Shown here: positions 23,401 to 34,242 of the stretch, piece after piece | How the letters are laid out: each line of letters opens with the position of its first letter | Numbering within the stretch: position 1 is the first letter of the stretch | Notes under the pieces: model-generated | What the model saw: the letters and a program-made list of their open reading frames with translations, nothing else | The model's database searches: none | What the model was told of the DNA's origin: nothing | Source of the DNA: Malacoraja senta | Taxonomy: Eukaryota | Assembly: GCA_038087875.1 (NCBI GenBank) | Contig: CM075989.1 | Location: 372,001 to 436,000, forward strand | DNA: 64,000 bases | Reading direction: 5' to 3' | Program-made: the position numbers and the translations under genes

Positions 23401-26250
23401 ATGTCCCATTATTACCTCTTTAATAATTGATTCCAGCATCAATTCCACCACCGAAGTCAGACGAACTGGTCTGTAATTCCCCATTTTCTTTCTCGCTCCT
23501 TTCTTGAAAAGTGGGACAACATTAGCTATCCTCCAATCCACAGGAACTGATCCTGAATCTATTGAACATTGGAAAATTATCACCAATGTCTCCACTATTT
23601 CTAGAGCCACCTCCCTGAGGACCTGGGATGCAGAACATCAGGTCCAGGGGATTTATCATCCTTCAGTCCCGTTAGCCTACCCAATACTATTTCTCGCCTA
23701 ATGAAAATTTATTTCAGTTCCTCTACCCCCCTAGATCCTCTGTCCTCCAGTACATTGGGAGATTGTTTGTGTCTTCCTTAGTGAAGACAGATCCGAAGTA
23801 TCTTTTCAACTCTTCTGCCATTTCCTTGTTGCCCATAATATTTTCACCCGTGTCTGCCTTCAAGGGACCCATATTTGACTTTGCTACACTTTTTCCCTTA
23901 ACATATCTAAAGAAGCTTTTACTGTCCTTCTTTATATTCCTGGCCAGCTTCCCTTCGTATTTCATCTTTTCAGCCCGTATTGCCCGTTTAGTTTCTTTCT
24001 GTTGTCCTATGAAAGTTTCCCAATCCTCTGGCTTCCGGCTACTCTTTGCTGTGTTATACATCTTTTCTTTTAGTTTTATTCTATCCCTAACTTCTTTTGT
24101 CAGCCACGGTTCCCTCCTACTCCCCTTAGAATCTTACTTCCTTTTTTGAATTAAATGATCCTGCGTCTCCCGGATTATGCCCAGAAATTCCTGCCATTGC
24201 TGTTCCATCATCATTCCTGCTATGATCCCTTTCCAGTCTACTTTGGCCAGCTCCCCTCTCATGCCTTCATGGTCCCATTTATTCAACTGCATCACTGACA
24301 CTTCCGATTTAACGTTCTCCTTCTCGAATTGCAGATTAAAACTAATCGTATTATGATCACTACCTCCAAGCGGTTCCTTTACCTCGAGTTCTCTTATTTT
24401 AGACAATAGACAATATACAATAGGTGCAGGAGTAGGCCATTTAGCCCTTCGAGCCAGCACCGCCATTCAATGTGATCATGGCTGATCATCCCAAATCAAT
24501 ACCCCATTCCTGCCTTCTCCGCATATCTGCTGACTCCGCTATTTTAAGAAACCTATCTAGCTCTCTCTTGCAAGCATCCAGAGAACCTGCCTCCACCGCC
24601 CTCTGAGGCAGAGAATTCCACAGACTCACCACTCTCTGTGAGAAAAAGCTTTTCCTCGTCTCCGTTCTAAATGGCTTACTCCTTATTCTTAAACTGTGGC
24701 CCCTGGTTCTGGACTCCCCCAACATCGGGAACATGTTTCCTGACTTTAATGTGTCCAAGCCCTTAACGATCTTATATGTTTCAATGAGATTCCCTCTCAT
24801 CCTTCTAAACTCCAGAGTGTACAAGCCCAGCTGCTCCATTCTGTCAGCATATGACAGTCCCGCCATCCTGGAAATTAACCTTGTAAACCTACGCTGCACT
24901 CCCTCAATAGCAAGAATGTCCTTCCTCAAATTAGGGGACCAAAACTGCACACAATACTCCAGGTGTGGTCTCACTAGGGCCCTGTACAACTGCAGAAAGT
25001 CCTCTTTGCTCCTATATTAGATTCCTCTTGTTATAAAGGCCAACATGCCATTTGCTTTCTTCACTGCCTGCTGTACCTGCATGCTTACTTTCATAGACTG
25101 ATGTACTAGGACTCCCAGATCCCGTCGTACTTCCCCTTTTCCCAACTTGACGCCATTTAGATAGTAATCTGCCTTCCTGTTTTTGTTACCAAAGTGGATA
25201 ACCTCACATTTACCCACATTAAACTTAATCTGCCATGCATCAGCCCACTCCCCCAACCTGTCCAAGTCACCCTGCATTCTCAAAGCATCCTCCTCACAGT
25301 TCACACTGCCACCCAGCTTTGTGTCATCTGCAAATTTGCCAATGTTACTTTGAATCCCTTCATCCAAATCATTGATGTATATTGTAAATAGCTGCGGTCC
25401 CAGCACCGAGCCTTGCGGTACCCCACTAGTTACTGCCTGCCATTCTGAAAGGGACCCATTAATCCCTACTCTTTGTTTCCTGTCTGCCAACCACTTCTCT
25501 ATCCATGTCAGCACTCTACCCCTATACCATGTGCCCTAATTTTGCCCATTAATCTCCCATGTGGGACCTTATCAAATGCTTCCTGAAAGTCCAGGTACAC
25601 TAAATCCACTGGCTCTCCCTTTTCCATTTTCCTAGTTACATCTTCAAAAAATTCCAGAAGATTAGTCAAGCATGATTTCCCCTTCGTAAATCCATGCTGA
25701 CTCGGACCGATCCTGTTACTGCTATCCAAATGTGCGGCAATCTCATCTTTTATAATTGACTCCAGCATCTTCCCCACCACCGATGTCAGGCTAACTGGTC
25801 TATAATTCCCCGTTTTCTCTCTCCCTCCTTTCTTAAAAAGTGGGATAACATTAGCTACCCTCCAATCCACAGTAACAGATCCTGAGCCTATAGAACATTG
25901 GAAAATTATCACCAATGCACCTACGATTTCTAGAGCCACTTCCTTAAGTACCCTGGGATGCAGACCATCAGGCCGTGGGGATTTATCAGCCTTCAGTCCC
26001 ATCAGTCTATCCAACAACATTTCCTGCCTAATGTAGATTTCCTTCAGTTCCTCAAGTTCTCTTATTCCATTGAGTTCCGTAAGTTCCTCCGTCCTCCTGT
26101 GTTTATCCTCAGTATATACAGAGGAGAAATACTCATTAAGGACCTTTCACATCTCCTGTGGCTCCACACAGAGGTGACACTTTGATTCTTGAGGGCACCC
26201 ATTCTCTCCTGAGTTACCCATTTCTCCTTTATGTATTGATAAAAGCTTAG
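20500..26250 (-). mobile_element. Three nested CR1 LINEs: host ~20500-22060 + 26067-26250; family B 22061-24398; third 24401-26049
   Basis: Three sets of RT motifs, each with its own 3' tail (CATAGAAA-type at 22061, TAGACAA-type at 24401). 17-bp TSD CCTCRAGTTCTCTTATT at 24382-24398 and 26050-26066. Confidence 0.88.
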
Positions 26251-26324
26251 GTAATTACAGCTTAGGTAATTTACAAAACGTCCTATGTTTGTCTTTGGAG
26301 AGACACGTCGGTGTGTTCACCCAC

Positions 26325-26606
26325 ATTCTATGGCGAGGGTCACGGTCTTTTCCGCTGTCCCATGCTTATTCTCTGCCACACACTGATAGACCCCAGTGAG
26401 GCTTGGTGTCACCTGAGGGAACTTCAACCACAGCTCGTTGTTGGAACTTGTTCTGTTCAGTGTGACACCGAGATGTCTCCATGTCAGGTTGGATGCTGGG
26501 AAACTCTGGACAGAGCAGAGGATCGCTGCAGAGTTCCCTTCCTTTATACTGACCCAGGAATTGTTCACCTTGTCGGAAGAATTGATTGATAGATTCTGTG
26601 GGGAAT
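26325..26606 (-). CDS. Ig C2-type domain exon 2 of Siglec-like locus
   Basis: SPQNLSI...EGNSAAILCSVQSFPASNLTW...GVYQCVAENKHG; acceptor ttgcttttag, donor T|GTGGGT; 282 nt, phase 1-1. Confidence 0.88.
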
Positions 26607-26768
26607 CTAAAAGCAAATACAGGTCAGTGCCTGGGCACCAGTTGTGGGGCATCTTTGGAGATCACTGGTGGAAAACGTCTGATATTCGTGCAAGTTTTTT
26701 TCTGTCACAGTTCAGGCTACTGAGGAAATTGCTATATGATAGAAAGGGCATAATGCAGCATATTATGG

Positions 26769-27050
26769 GGCAGTGCTGAGGGAGCTCCATACTGTTAATG
26801 GGGCAGTGTTGAGGGAGTGCCACACTGTGGGAGGGTCAGTAGTGAGAGAGAGCTGTGCTGGCAGGTGGGCAGTACTGAGGGAGTGCCGCACTGTGGGAGG
26901 GGCGGTACTCAGAGAGCACCACATTGGGAGGGCCAGTACAGTGGGAGCTCCACACTTTGTAAGGGGCAATACTGAGGGAGCATCAACCCTGGGGAGGGGC
27001 AGTATAGAGGGAGCGTCGCCCAGTAGGATGGGCAGTGCAGTGGGAGTGTC
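26769..27050 (+). repeat. Degenerate ~33-bp minisatellite, about 8 units (GGCAGTACTGAGGGAGTGCCGCACTGTGGGAGG)
   Basis: Units visible directly; related sequence at ~17505-17575. Confidence 0.85.
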
Positions 27051-27180
27051 TCCTGAAGCAGGAGAGGAGTATCCCAAGTGTCTTTGCCAGAGTTACTTGG
27101 GAAAATAGTTACGTTTCTGCCAGTTTTACAGTGCTGCTGTGGAATCATGCTGTGTACAATGCCGACTATTGTTTGTTTAC

Positions 27181-27478
27181 AATAAATAATCAGTCAGTGT
27201 GAGGGTCTGCTCCGATGAAACAGTTAGGTATCTGAATCTGCAGGTGAGGTTTTGCCCGTGATGTTGGAGCGCTGGGGTCAGGGACACAACATAAGTATAT
27301 GTCAGACTGTCACCCCACTGAGTTACACTGTGTGAGACTGACAGTGGTTCATCAGTGGGGGTGACCCAGGTTAAGTTGGGAGCCGTTCCATCACATGTGG
27401 TGTTGAAGGTGCAGGTTACGTTCACAGTCTTTCCTTCCACCGTTTCAACAGGGAATATTGAGGGTTTATCTGTGAAAT
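27181..27478 (-). CDS. Ig C2-type domain exon 1 of Siglec-like locus (donor out of phase; read-through stop at 27177-27179)
   Basis: (D)FTDKPSIFP...EGKTVNVTCTFNTTCDGTAPNLTW...LTPALQHHGQNLTCRF matches the Siglec domain-2 pattern; acceptor ctctgtttattag. Confidence 0.85.
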
Positions 27479-27581
27479 CTAATAAACAGAGAAACTTTCA
27501 GTTAAATGTCACCAGACGTTGCCCTGTGAGGGAACAGCACAGCTGGCAGTTTAGATGTTGTTAACTTGCCCTTGCACTGGG

Positions 27582-27720
27582 TGGAAGATTGCAACCTTCA
27601 CAATTGCAACCGCCCTGTTTCGATGAATGCAATCAACCCGGCATGCACAATCAAATAAGATCAAATAGAACAAGTTGTCCTGCAACTTTAGGCTGTGCAC
27701 GCCATATGCAAGAAGAAGAA
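27582..27720 (+). mobile_element. Short 5'-truncated non-LTR insertion with (GAA)n tail (RTE-like)
   Basis: 8-bp TSD GCACTGGG at 27574-27581 and 27721-27728; ends CAAGAAGAAGAA. Confidence 0.65.
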
Positions 27721-28585
27721 GCACTGGGCCTCTCAGCTTGAGGGAGCACTGCAATGGTGGAGTGGTCTCTGGTTCTCCAGTTGTGACAGACCTGATAAAT
27801 CCAGTAGGGAATTCATGAGAAATTCCTCTATCCAGTCGAGGAAACGGCAACTCATTCCCATTAGAAGGGTTTGTGGTGAATAACAGAGATGGATTTGTGA
27901 GGAACCAGATAAACACTGAGGAGAGAGGGGCATCTGAAGTGGTGATGAGGGACATGGGAAGAGGTGGAAGGAGTTCAAGTCTATTGTCATATGCACACGT
28001 AAGGTGAGGGATAGGAGTAGTGAAAATCAGCAGGATCACAGGCACATGGATAAACACACAAAAAACACCATTTGCATAAATTACACAAAAGATTATAAAA
28101 GAAAGACTGCAATAAAAACAAACAATTTGTGCAAAAACATAATTAGAATAGAAGAAACCAAGTCCGCGCCAGTACAAGGTGGTCTGTAGTGTTCCACTGC
28201 TGAATTAGTATTAGAGTTGTGTAGGTCGGTTCAAGAATGTGTCCATAGTAGTAACATGGCTGTTGCTGACCTGTGGTGTGGGACTACAGGATTCTGTAGC
28301 TCCAACCTGTCGGTAGCAGTGAGAAGAGAGCATGGCCCACATGATGGGGATCCTTGATGATAGATGCTGCCATCTGGAGGCAGGACATTGTAGTTGCCAC
28401 ACTCCATGATGCCATGATGCAACCAAGCAGGATACTTTCTTCAGTGCCTCTGTGGAAGTTTGTTGGAGTATTTGGAGACGTAGTGTACCAACTCTCCCTA
28501 AACTCAGGAAGTAGAGGTACTGGTTTACCTTCTTCACAATTGCATCAATGTGCTGCACACCCACGACATGTCATCCAGGAATTTA

Positions 28586-31500
28586 ACCATATAACCATAT
28601 AACCATAACAGCACGGAAACAGGGCATCTCGGCCCTTCAAGTCCGTGCCGAACATTATTATTATTATTATTTTTGTTTTAAATTCCCCCTAGTCCCATCT
28701 ACCTGCACTCAGACCATAACCCTCCATTCCTTTCCCGTCCATATACCCATCCAATCTATTTTTAAAGGATAACATCGAACCTGCCTCCACCACTTCCACT
28801 GGAAGCTCATTCCACACAGCTACCACTCTCTGAGTAAAGAAGTTCCCCCTAATGTTCCCCCTAAACTTCTGTCCCTTAATTCTCAAGTCATGTCCCCTTG
28901 TTTGAATCTTCCCTACTCTCAATGGGAAAAGCTTATCCACGTCCACTCTGTCTAACCCGCTCATAATTTTAAAGACCTCTATCAAGTCCCCTCTTAACCT
29001 TCTGCGCTCCAAAGAATAAAGACCTAACTTGTTCAACCTTTCTCTGTAACTTAGTTGCTGAAACCCAGGCAACATTCTAGTAAATCTCCTCTGTGCTCTC
29101 TCTATTTTGTTGACATCCTTCCTATAATTAGGCGACCAAAATTGTACTCCATACTCCAGAATTGGCCTCACCAATGCCTTGTATAATTTTAACATTACAT
29201 CCCAACTTCTATATTCAATGCTCTGATTTATAAAGGCCAGCACACCAAAAGCTTTCTTTACCACCCTATCTACATGAGATTCCACCTTCAGGGAACTATG
29301 CACAGTTATTCCTAGATCCCTCTGTTCAACTGCATTCCTCAATTCGCTACCATTTACCGTGTACGTCCTATTTTCATTTGTCCTGCCGAGATGTAGCACC
29401 TCACATTTGTCAGCATTAATCTCCACCTGCCATCTTTCAGCCCACTCTTCCAAATGGCCTAAATGTCTCTGTAGACTTTGAAAATCTACTTCATTATCCA
29501 CAACACCACCTATCTTAGTATCATCTGCATACTTACTAATCCAATTTTCCACACCATCATCCAGATCATTGATGTACATGACAAACAACAGTGGACCCAA
29601 CACAGACCCCTGAGGCACCCCACTGGTCACCGGCCTCCAACCTGACAAACAGCCATCCACCATTACTCTCTGGCATCTCCCATTCAGCCACTGTTGAATC
29701 CATCTTGCTACTCCACCATTAATACCCAACAATTGAATCTTCTTAACCAACCTTCCATGAGGAACCTTGTCAAAGGCCTTACTGAAGTCCATATAGACAA
29801 CATCCACTGCTTTACCCTCATCAATTTCCCTAGTAACCTCTTCGAAAAATTCAAGAAGATTAGTCAAGCATGACCTTCCAGGCACAAATCCATGTTGACT
29901 GTTCCTAATCAGACCCTGCTTATTCAGATGCTTATATATATTATCGTTAAGTGTCCTTTCCATTAATTTGCCCACCACTGACATCAAACTAACAGGTCTA
30001 TAATTGCTAGGTTTACTCTTAGAACCCTTTTTAAACAACGGAACAACATGCGCAGTACGCCAATCCTCCAGCACTATTCCCGTTTCTAATAACATTTGAA
30101 ATATTTCTGTCATAGCCCCTGCGATTTCTACACTAACTTCCCTCAATGTCCTAGGGAATATCCTGTCAGGACCTGGAGACTTATCCGTTTTCATATTTTT
30201 CAAAAGTGTCCGCACCTCCTCTTCTTTGAATCTCACGGTTTCCATTGCTACTCTGCTTGTTTCCCTTACCTCACATAATTCCATATCCTTCTCCTTGGTG
30301 AATACCGAAGAAAAGAAATTGTTCAATATCTTCCCCATCTCTTTTGGCTCTGCAGATAGCTGTCCACTCTGACTCTCTAATGGACCAATTTTATTCCTTG
30401 TTATCCTTTTGCTATTAATATAGCTGTAGAAACCCTTTGGATTTACTTTCACCTTACTTGCCAAAGCAACCTCATATCTTCTTTTAGCGTTTCTAATTTC
30501 TTTCTTAATATTCTTTTTACATTCTTGATACTCCTCAAGCACCTGATTTACTCCATGCTGCCTATAATTATTGTAGATCTCTCTCTTTTTCCAAACCGTG
30601 TCCAATTCCCCTTGAAAACCATGGCTCTTTCCAATTTTTACTATTTCCTTTCAACCGAACAGTGACATAAAGGTTCTGTACTCTTAAAATTTCACACTTA
30701 AATGTCCTCCACTTTTCTTCTACATCCTTCCCATAAAACAACATGTCCCAATTCACTCCTTTTAAATCCTTTCGCATCTCCTCAAAGTTAGCCTTTCTCC
30801 AATCAAAAATCTCAATCCTAGGTCCAGTTCTGACCCTCTCCATAATTATATTGAAACTAATGGTATTGTCATCACTGGACCCGAAGTGCTCCCCGACGCA
30901 TACCTCCGCCACCTGCCCTGTCTCTTTTCCTAACAGGAGGTCCAGCACCGGCCCTTCTCTAGTAGGTACCTCTATGCAATGCTGCAAAAAACCGATCCTG
31001 CACACATTTTACAAACTCCAAACCATCCAGCCCTTTTACAGAATGTGTTTCCCAGTCTATGTGTGGAAAATTGAAATCTCCCACAATCACTACCTTGTGC
31101 TTACTACTAATATCTGCTATCTCCTTACATATTTGCTCTTCCAATTCTCACTCCCCGTTTGGCGGTCTATAATACACCCCTATAAGTGTTGCTACACCTT
31201 TCCCATTTCTCAGTTCCACCCAAATAGCCTCCCTAGACGAGCCCTCTCATCTATCCTGCCAAAGCACTGCTGTAATATCTTCCTTGACAAGCAATGCAAC
31301 ACCCCCATCTCTTGCCCCTCCAATTCTATCACCCCTGAAGCAACGAAATCCTGGAATATTTAGTTTCCAATCACAGCCCTCCTGCAACCATGTTTCACTG
31401 ATCGCCACAACATCATACTTCCAGGTGTCAATCCAGACTCTAAGCTCATCCACCTTTCTTACAATGCTCCTAGCATTAAAATATACACATTTAAGAAACC

Positions 31501-31627
31501 CACCACCACTTATTCTCTGTTTATTATCTTTTTCTTCTTTCTCCCCTACATTTTGGGTCCAAGTGCTTCCCTTCTCTGCCTCCTGCCTCCCACATTTTCC
31601 ACTAGCTTTCTCTATTTGAGTCCCTCT
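28586..31627 (-). mobile_element. CR1 family A, inserted into an older L2-like fragment (~28200-28585 and ~31628-31760)
   Basis: (AACCATAT)n tail at ~28586-28608, EN fragments 30568-31510, 638-aa RT ORF. Confidence 0.93.
28689..30605 (-). CDS. CR1 ORF2 reverse transcriptase segment (638 aa uninterrupted)
   Basis: [39 protein letters not shown]. Confidence 0.9.
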   Translation of the reverse strand: MDTVWKKREIYNNYRQHGVNQVLEEYQECKKNIKKEIRNAKRRYEVALASKVKVNPKGFYSYINSKRITRNKIGPLESQSGQLSAEPKEMGKILNNFFSSVFTKEKDMELCEVRETSRVAMETVRFKEEEVRTLLKNMKTDKSPGPDRIFPRTLREVSVEIAGAMTEIFQMLLETGIVLEDWRTAHVVPLFKKGSKSKPSNYRPVSLMSVVGKLMERTLNDNIYKHLNKQGLIRNSQHGFVPGRSCLTNLLEFFEEVTREIDEGKAVDVVYMDFSKAFDKVPHGRLVKKIQLLGINGGVARWIQQWLNGRCQRVMVDGCLSGWRPVTSGVPQGSVLGPLLFVMYINDLDDGVENWISKYADDTKIGGVVDNEVDFQSLQRHLGHLEEWAERWQVEINADKCEVLHLGRTNENRTYTVNGSELRNAVEQRDLGITVHSSLKVESHVDRVVKKAFGVLAFINQSIEYRSWDVMLKLYKALVRPILEYGVQFWSPNYRKDVNKIERAQRRFTRMLPGFQQLSYRERLNKLGLYSLERRRLRGDLIEVFKIMSGLDRVDVDKLFPLRVGKIQTRGHDLRIKGQKFRGNIRGNFFTQRVVAVWNELPVEVVEAGSMLSFKNRLDGYMDGKGMEGYGLSAGRWD

Positions 31628-32851
31628 ATTTGAAGCTGCTAATCCTCTCCACCAATAAAAACCGACATGTGGTTTCCCCACTTCCACTTTCTGAATTCAA
31701 CAATTAGTTCCTTGGTCTTGTTGACCCTAAATTAGAAATAATTGTTGCCGAACCATTTATCCAGCCTTGTGTGGAACAGGAACCCTACACAGAGCTAATA
31801 TGGGAGATACCAACTCTTTAAAAAGAAGTACATTTCAATGCTGGCTTCAAGAAGAGAAATGGATTACAGCTTTGAGTCATTCTCTCAGTGAATATGCCCA
31901 ACATTACATTACACATCTGCAGCAAAAATAAAAAAAGAATACGTATCAGTAGCAGCAACCAAAGAGAAATGCTGTGGAGGTTGCTGGAACTTTGCTACAC
32001 ACGGCTGCTTTTTCAATGTATTTGGGCAGAGAGGGACGGAGGGTTTGGGGTGGTGGATAAGATGCAAATTGAGCAGATTGTGTAGTCGTGTACCTACACA
32101 GTATGGGAACAGGCCCTTCAGCCCACCTTGTCCATGCTGGTATTAGTGGTATTCCACGCTAATGTCATTTGCCTACGTTTAGCCCCTATACCTCCATATG
32201 CTTCCTGTCCATGTTTATGTCCAAATGTCTTTTGAAGGTGTAATTGTACCCACTTCCTTTTGTTCCTCTGGAATCTCATTCCAGATGTGGACTACTGTCT
32301 GGGTGAAAAAATTCCCCCTAAGTTCCTTTTTAAATATCTCCCCTCTCACCTTAAGCTGAAGCCTTCTAGTTTGAGCATTGTCTACCCTGGGGCAAAGACT
32401 GTGAACACTCACTTTATCCATGCCCCTCACTACATATTGTGCTGCGGGAGTTGGCAAGTGGGGAATACATAGAACATAGAAAAATGCAGCACAGCACCAG
32501 GCCCCTTGGTGCACAATGTCTCTGCCAACATGCTGCCGAGACTAACTCGATCTGCCTGCACATAATCCATATCCCTCCGTTCCCTGCATAACCATGTGCC
32601 TATCCAAAAGTCTTTTAACTGCCACAATCATATCTTCCTCCACCACCACCCTTGATAGCGTGTTTCAGTTGCTCACCACCCTCTGCGTAGAAAAACTTGC
32701 CCTGCACATCTCTATAATTATAAAACTCTGATCTTGGATGTGGATGTATTTATTTGTGCCTGCGTGTCTTGTTTGTCTGTGATTCACATCTGCTCTAAAA
32801 CACGATGCGCCTACGGTGAAATGTTTACATATTCCGATAGAGATTTACCTT

Positions 32852-32955
32852 TTATTATTAAATTAGTATTAATTATTAATTATTTATTAAGATTATTATA
32901 ATTATAATTATATAATTATATAATTATAATTATAATTAATTATTAATTAATCAAT
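32852..32955. repeat. AT-only low-complexity tract at a CR1 5' junction
   Basis: (ATT/AAT/TTA) runs visible directly. Confidence 0.9.
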
Positions 32956-34242
32956 TATTAAAGAGGTAATAATGGGGCATTTGGATAGCAGTAAAAGGAT
33001 TAGTTCAAGTCAACATAGATTTATGAAAGGGAAATCATGCTTTACTAATCTTCGGGAATATTTTGAGGATGTGACAAGTAAAATGGATACTGGGGTGCCA
33101 GTGGATATAGTGTATCTAGTGTAGTGTAACTAGACTTTGAGAAAGCCTTTGATAAGGTCCCGCACAGGAGACTGGTGACTAAAATTAGAGCGCATGGTAT
33201 TGGAGGTTAGGTGTTGACATGGATAGAAAATTGGTTGGCAAACTGGAAGCAAAGAGTAGGAGTGAACGGTCCTTTTCAGAATGGCAGGCAATGGAGAGTG
33301 GAGTGCCTCAGGCTTGGTGTCGTTTACCATATATATTAATGATTTGGAAGAGGGAATTAGGAGCAACACTAGCAAGTTTGCGGATTACACAAAGCTGGGT
33401 GGCAGTGTGAACTGTGAAGAGGATGTTAGGAGGTTGCAGGGTGACCTGGACAGGTTGAGTGAGTGGGCAGATGCATGGCAGATGCAGTATAATATAGATA
33501 AATGTGAGGTTATCCACTTTGGTGGAAAAAACAAAAAGGGGCAGATTATGATCTCAATGGGGATAGGTTTGGTAAGGGGGAGGTGCAGCGAGACCTGGGC
33601 GTCCTTGTACACCGGTCACTGAAAGTTGGCTTACAGGTACAGCAGGCAGTGAAGAAAGCTAATGGAATGTTGGCCTTCATAACAAGAGGATTTCAGTACA
33701 GGAGTAAAGAGGTTCTTCTGCAGTTGTACAGAGCTCTGGTGAGACCACATCTGGAGAATTGTGTACAATTTTGGTCTCCTAATTTGAGGAAGGACATCCT
33801 TGTGATTGAGGCAATGCAGCGTAGGTTCACGAGATTGATCCTTGGGGTGGCGGGACTGTCATATGAGGAAAGATTGAAAAGACTAGGCTTGTATTCACTG
33901 GAGTTTAAAAGGATGAGGGGGGATCTTATAGAAACATATAAAATCATAAAACGACTGGACAAGCTAGACGCAGGAAAAATGTTCCCAATGTTGGGCGAGT
34001 CCAGAAGCAGGGGCCATAGTCTTAGAATAAAGGGGAGGTTATTTAAGACTGAGGTGAGAAAAAACCTTTTCACCCAAAGAGTTGTGAATTTATGGAATTC
34101 CCTGCCACAGAGGGCAGTGGAGGCCAAATCACTGGATGGATTCAAGAGAGAGTTAGAGCTCTAGGGGCTGGTGGAGTCAAGGGATATGGGGAGAAGGCAG
34201 GCACGGGTTATTGATATGGGACGATCAGCCATGATCACAATG

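Noticed and set aside
26769..27050. CRISPR-like array (also considered 58583-58885 and 38180-38412)
   Set aside because: Degenerate tandem units without unique spacers, no cas genes, eukaryotic context.
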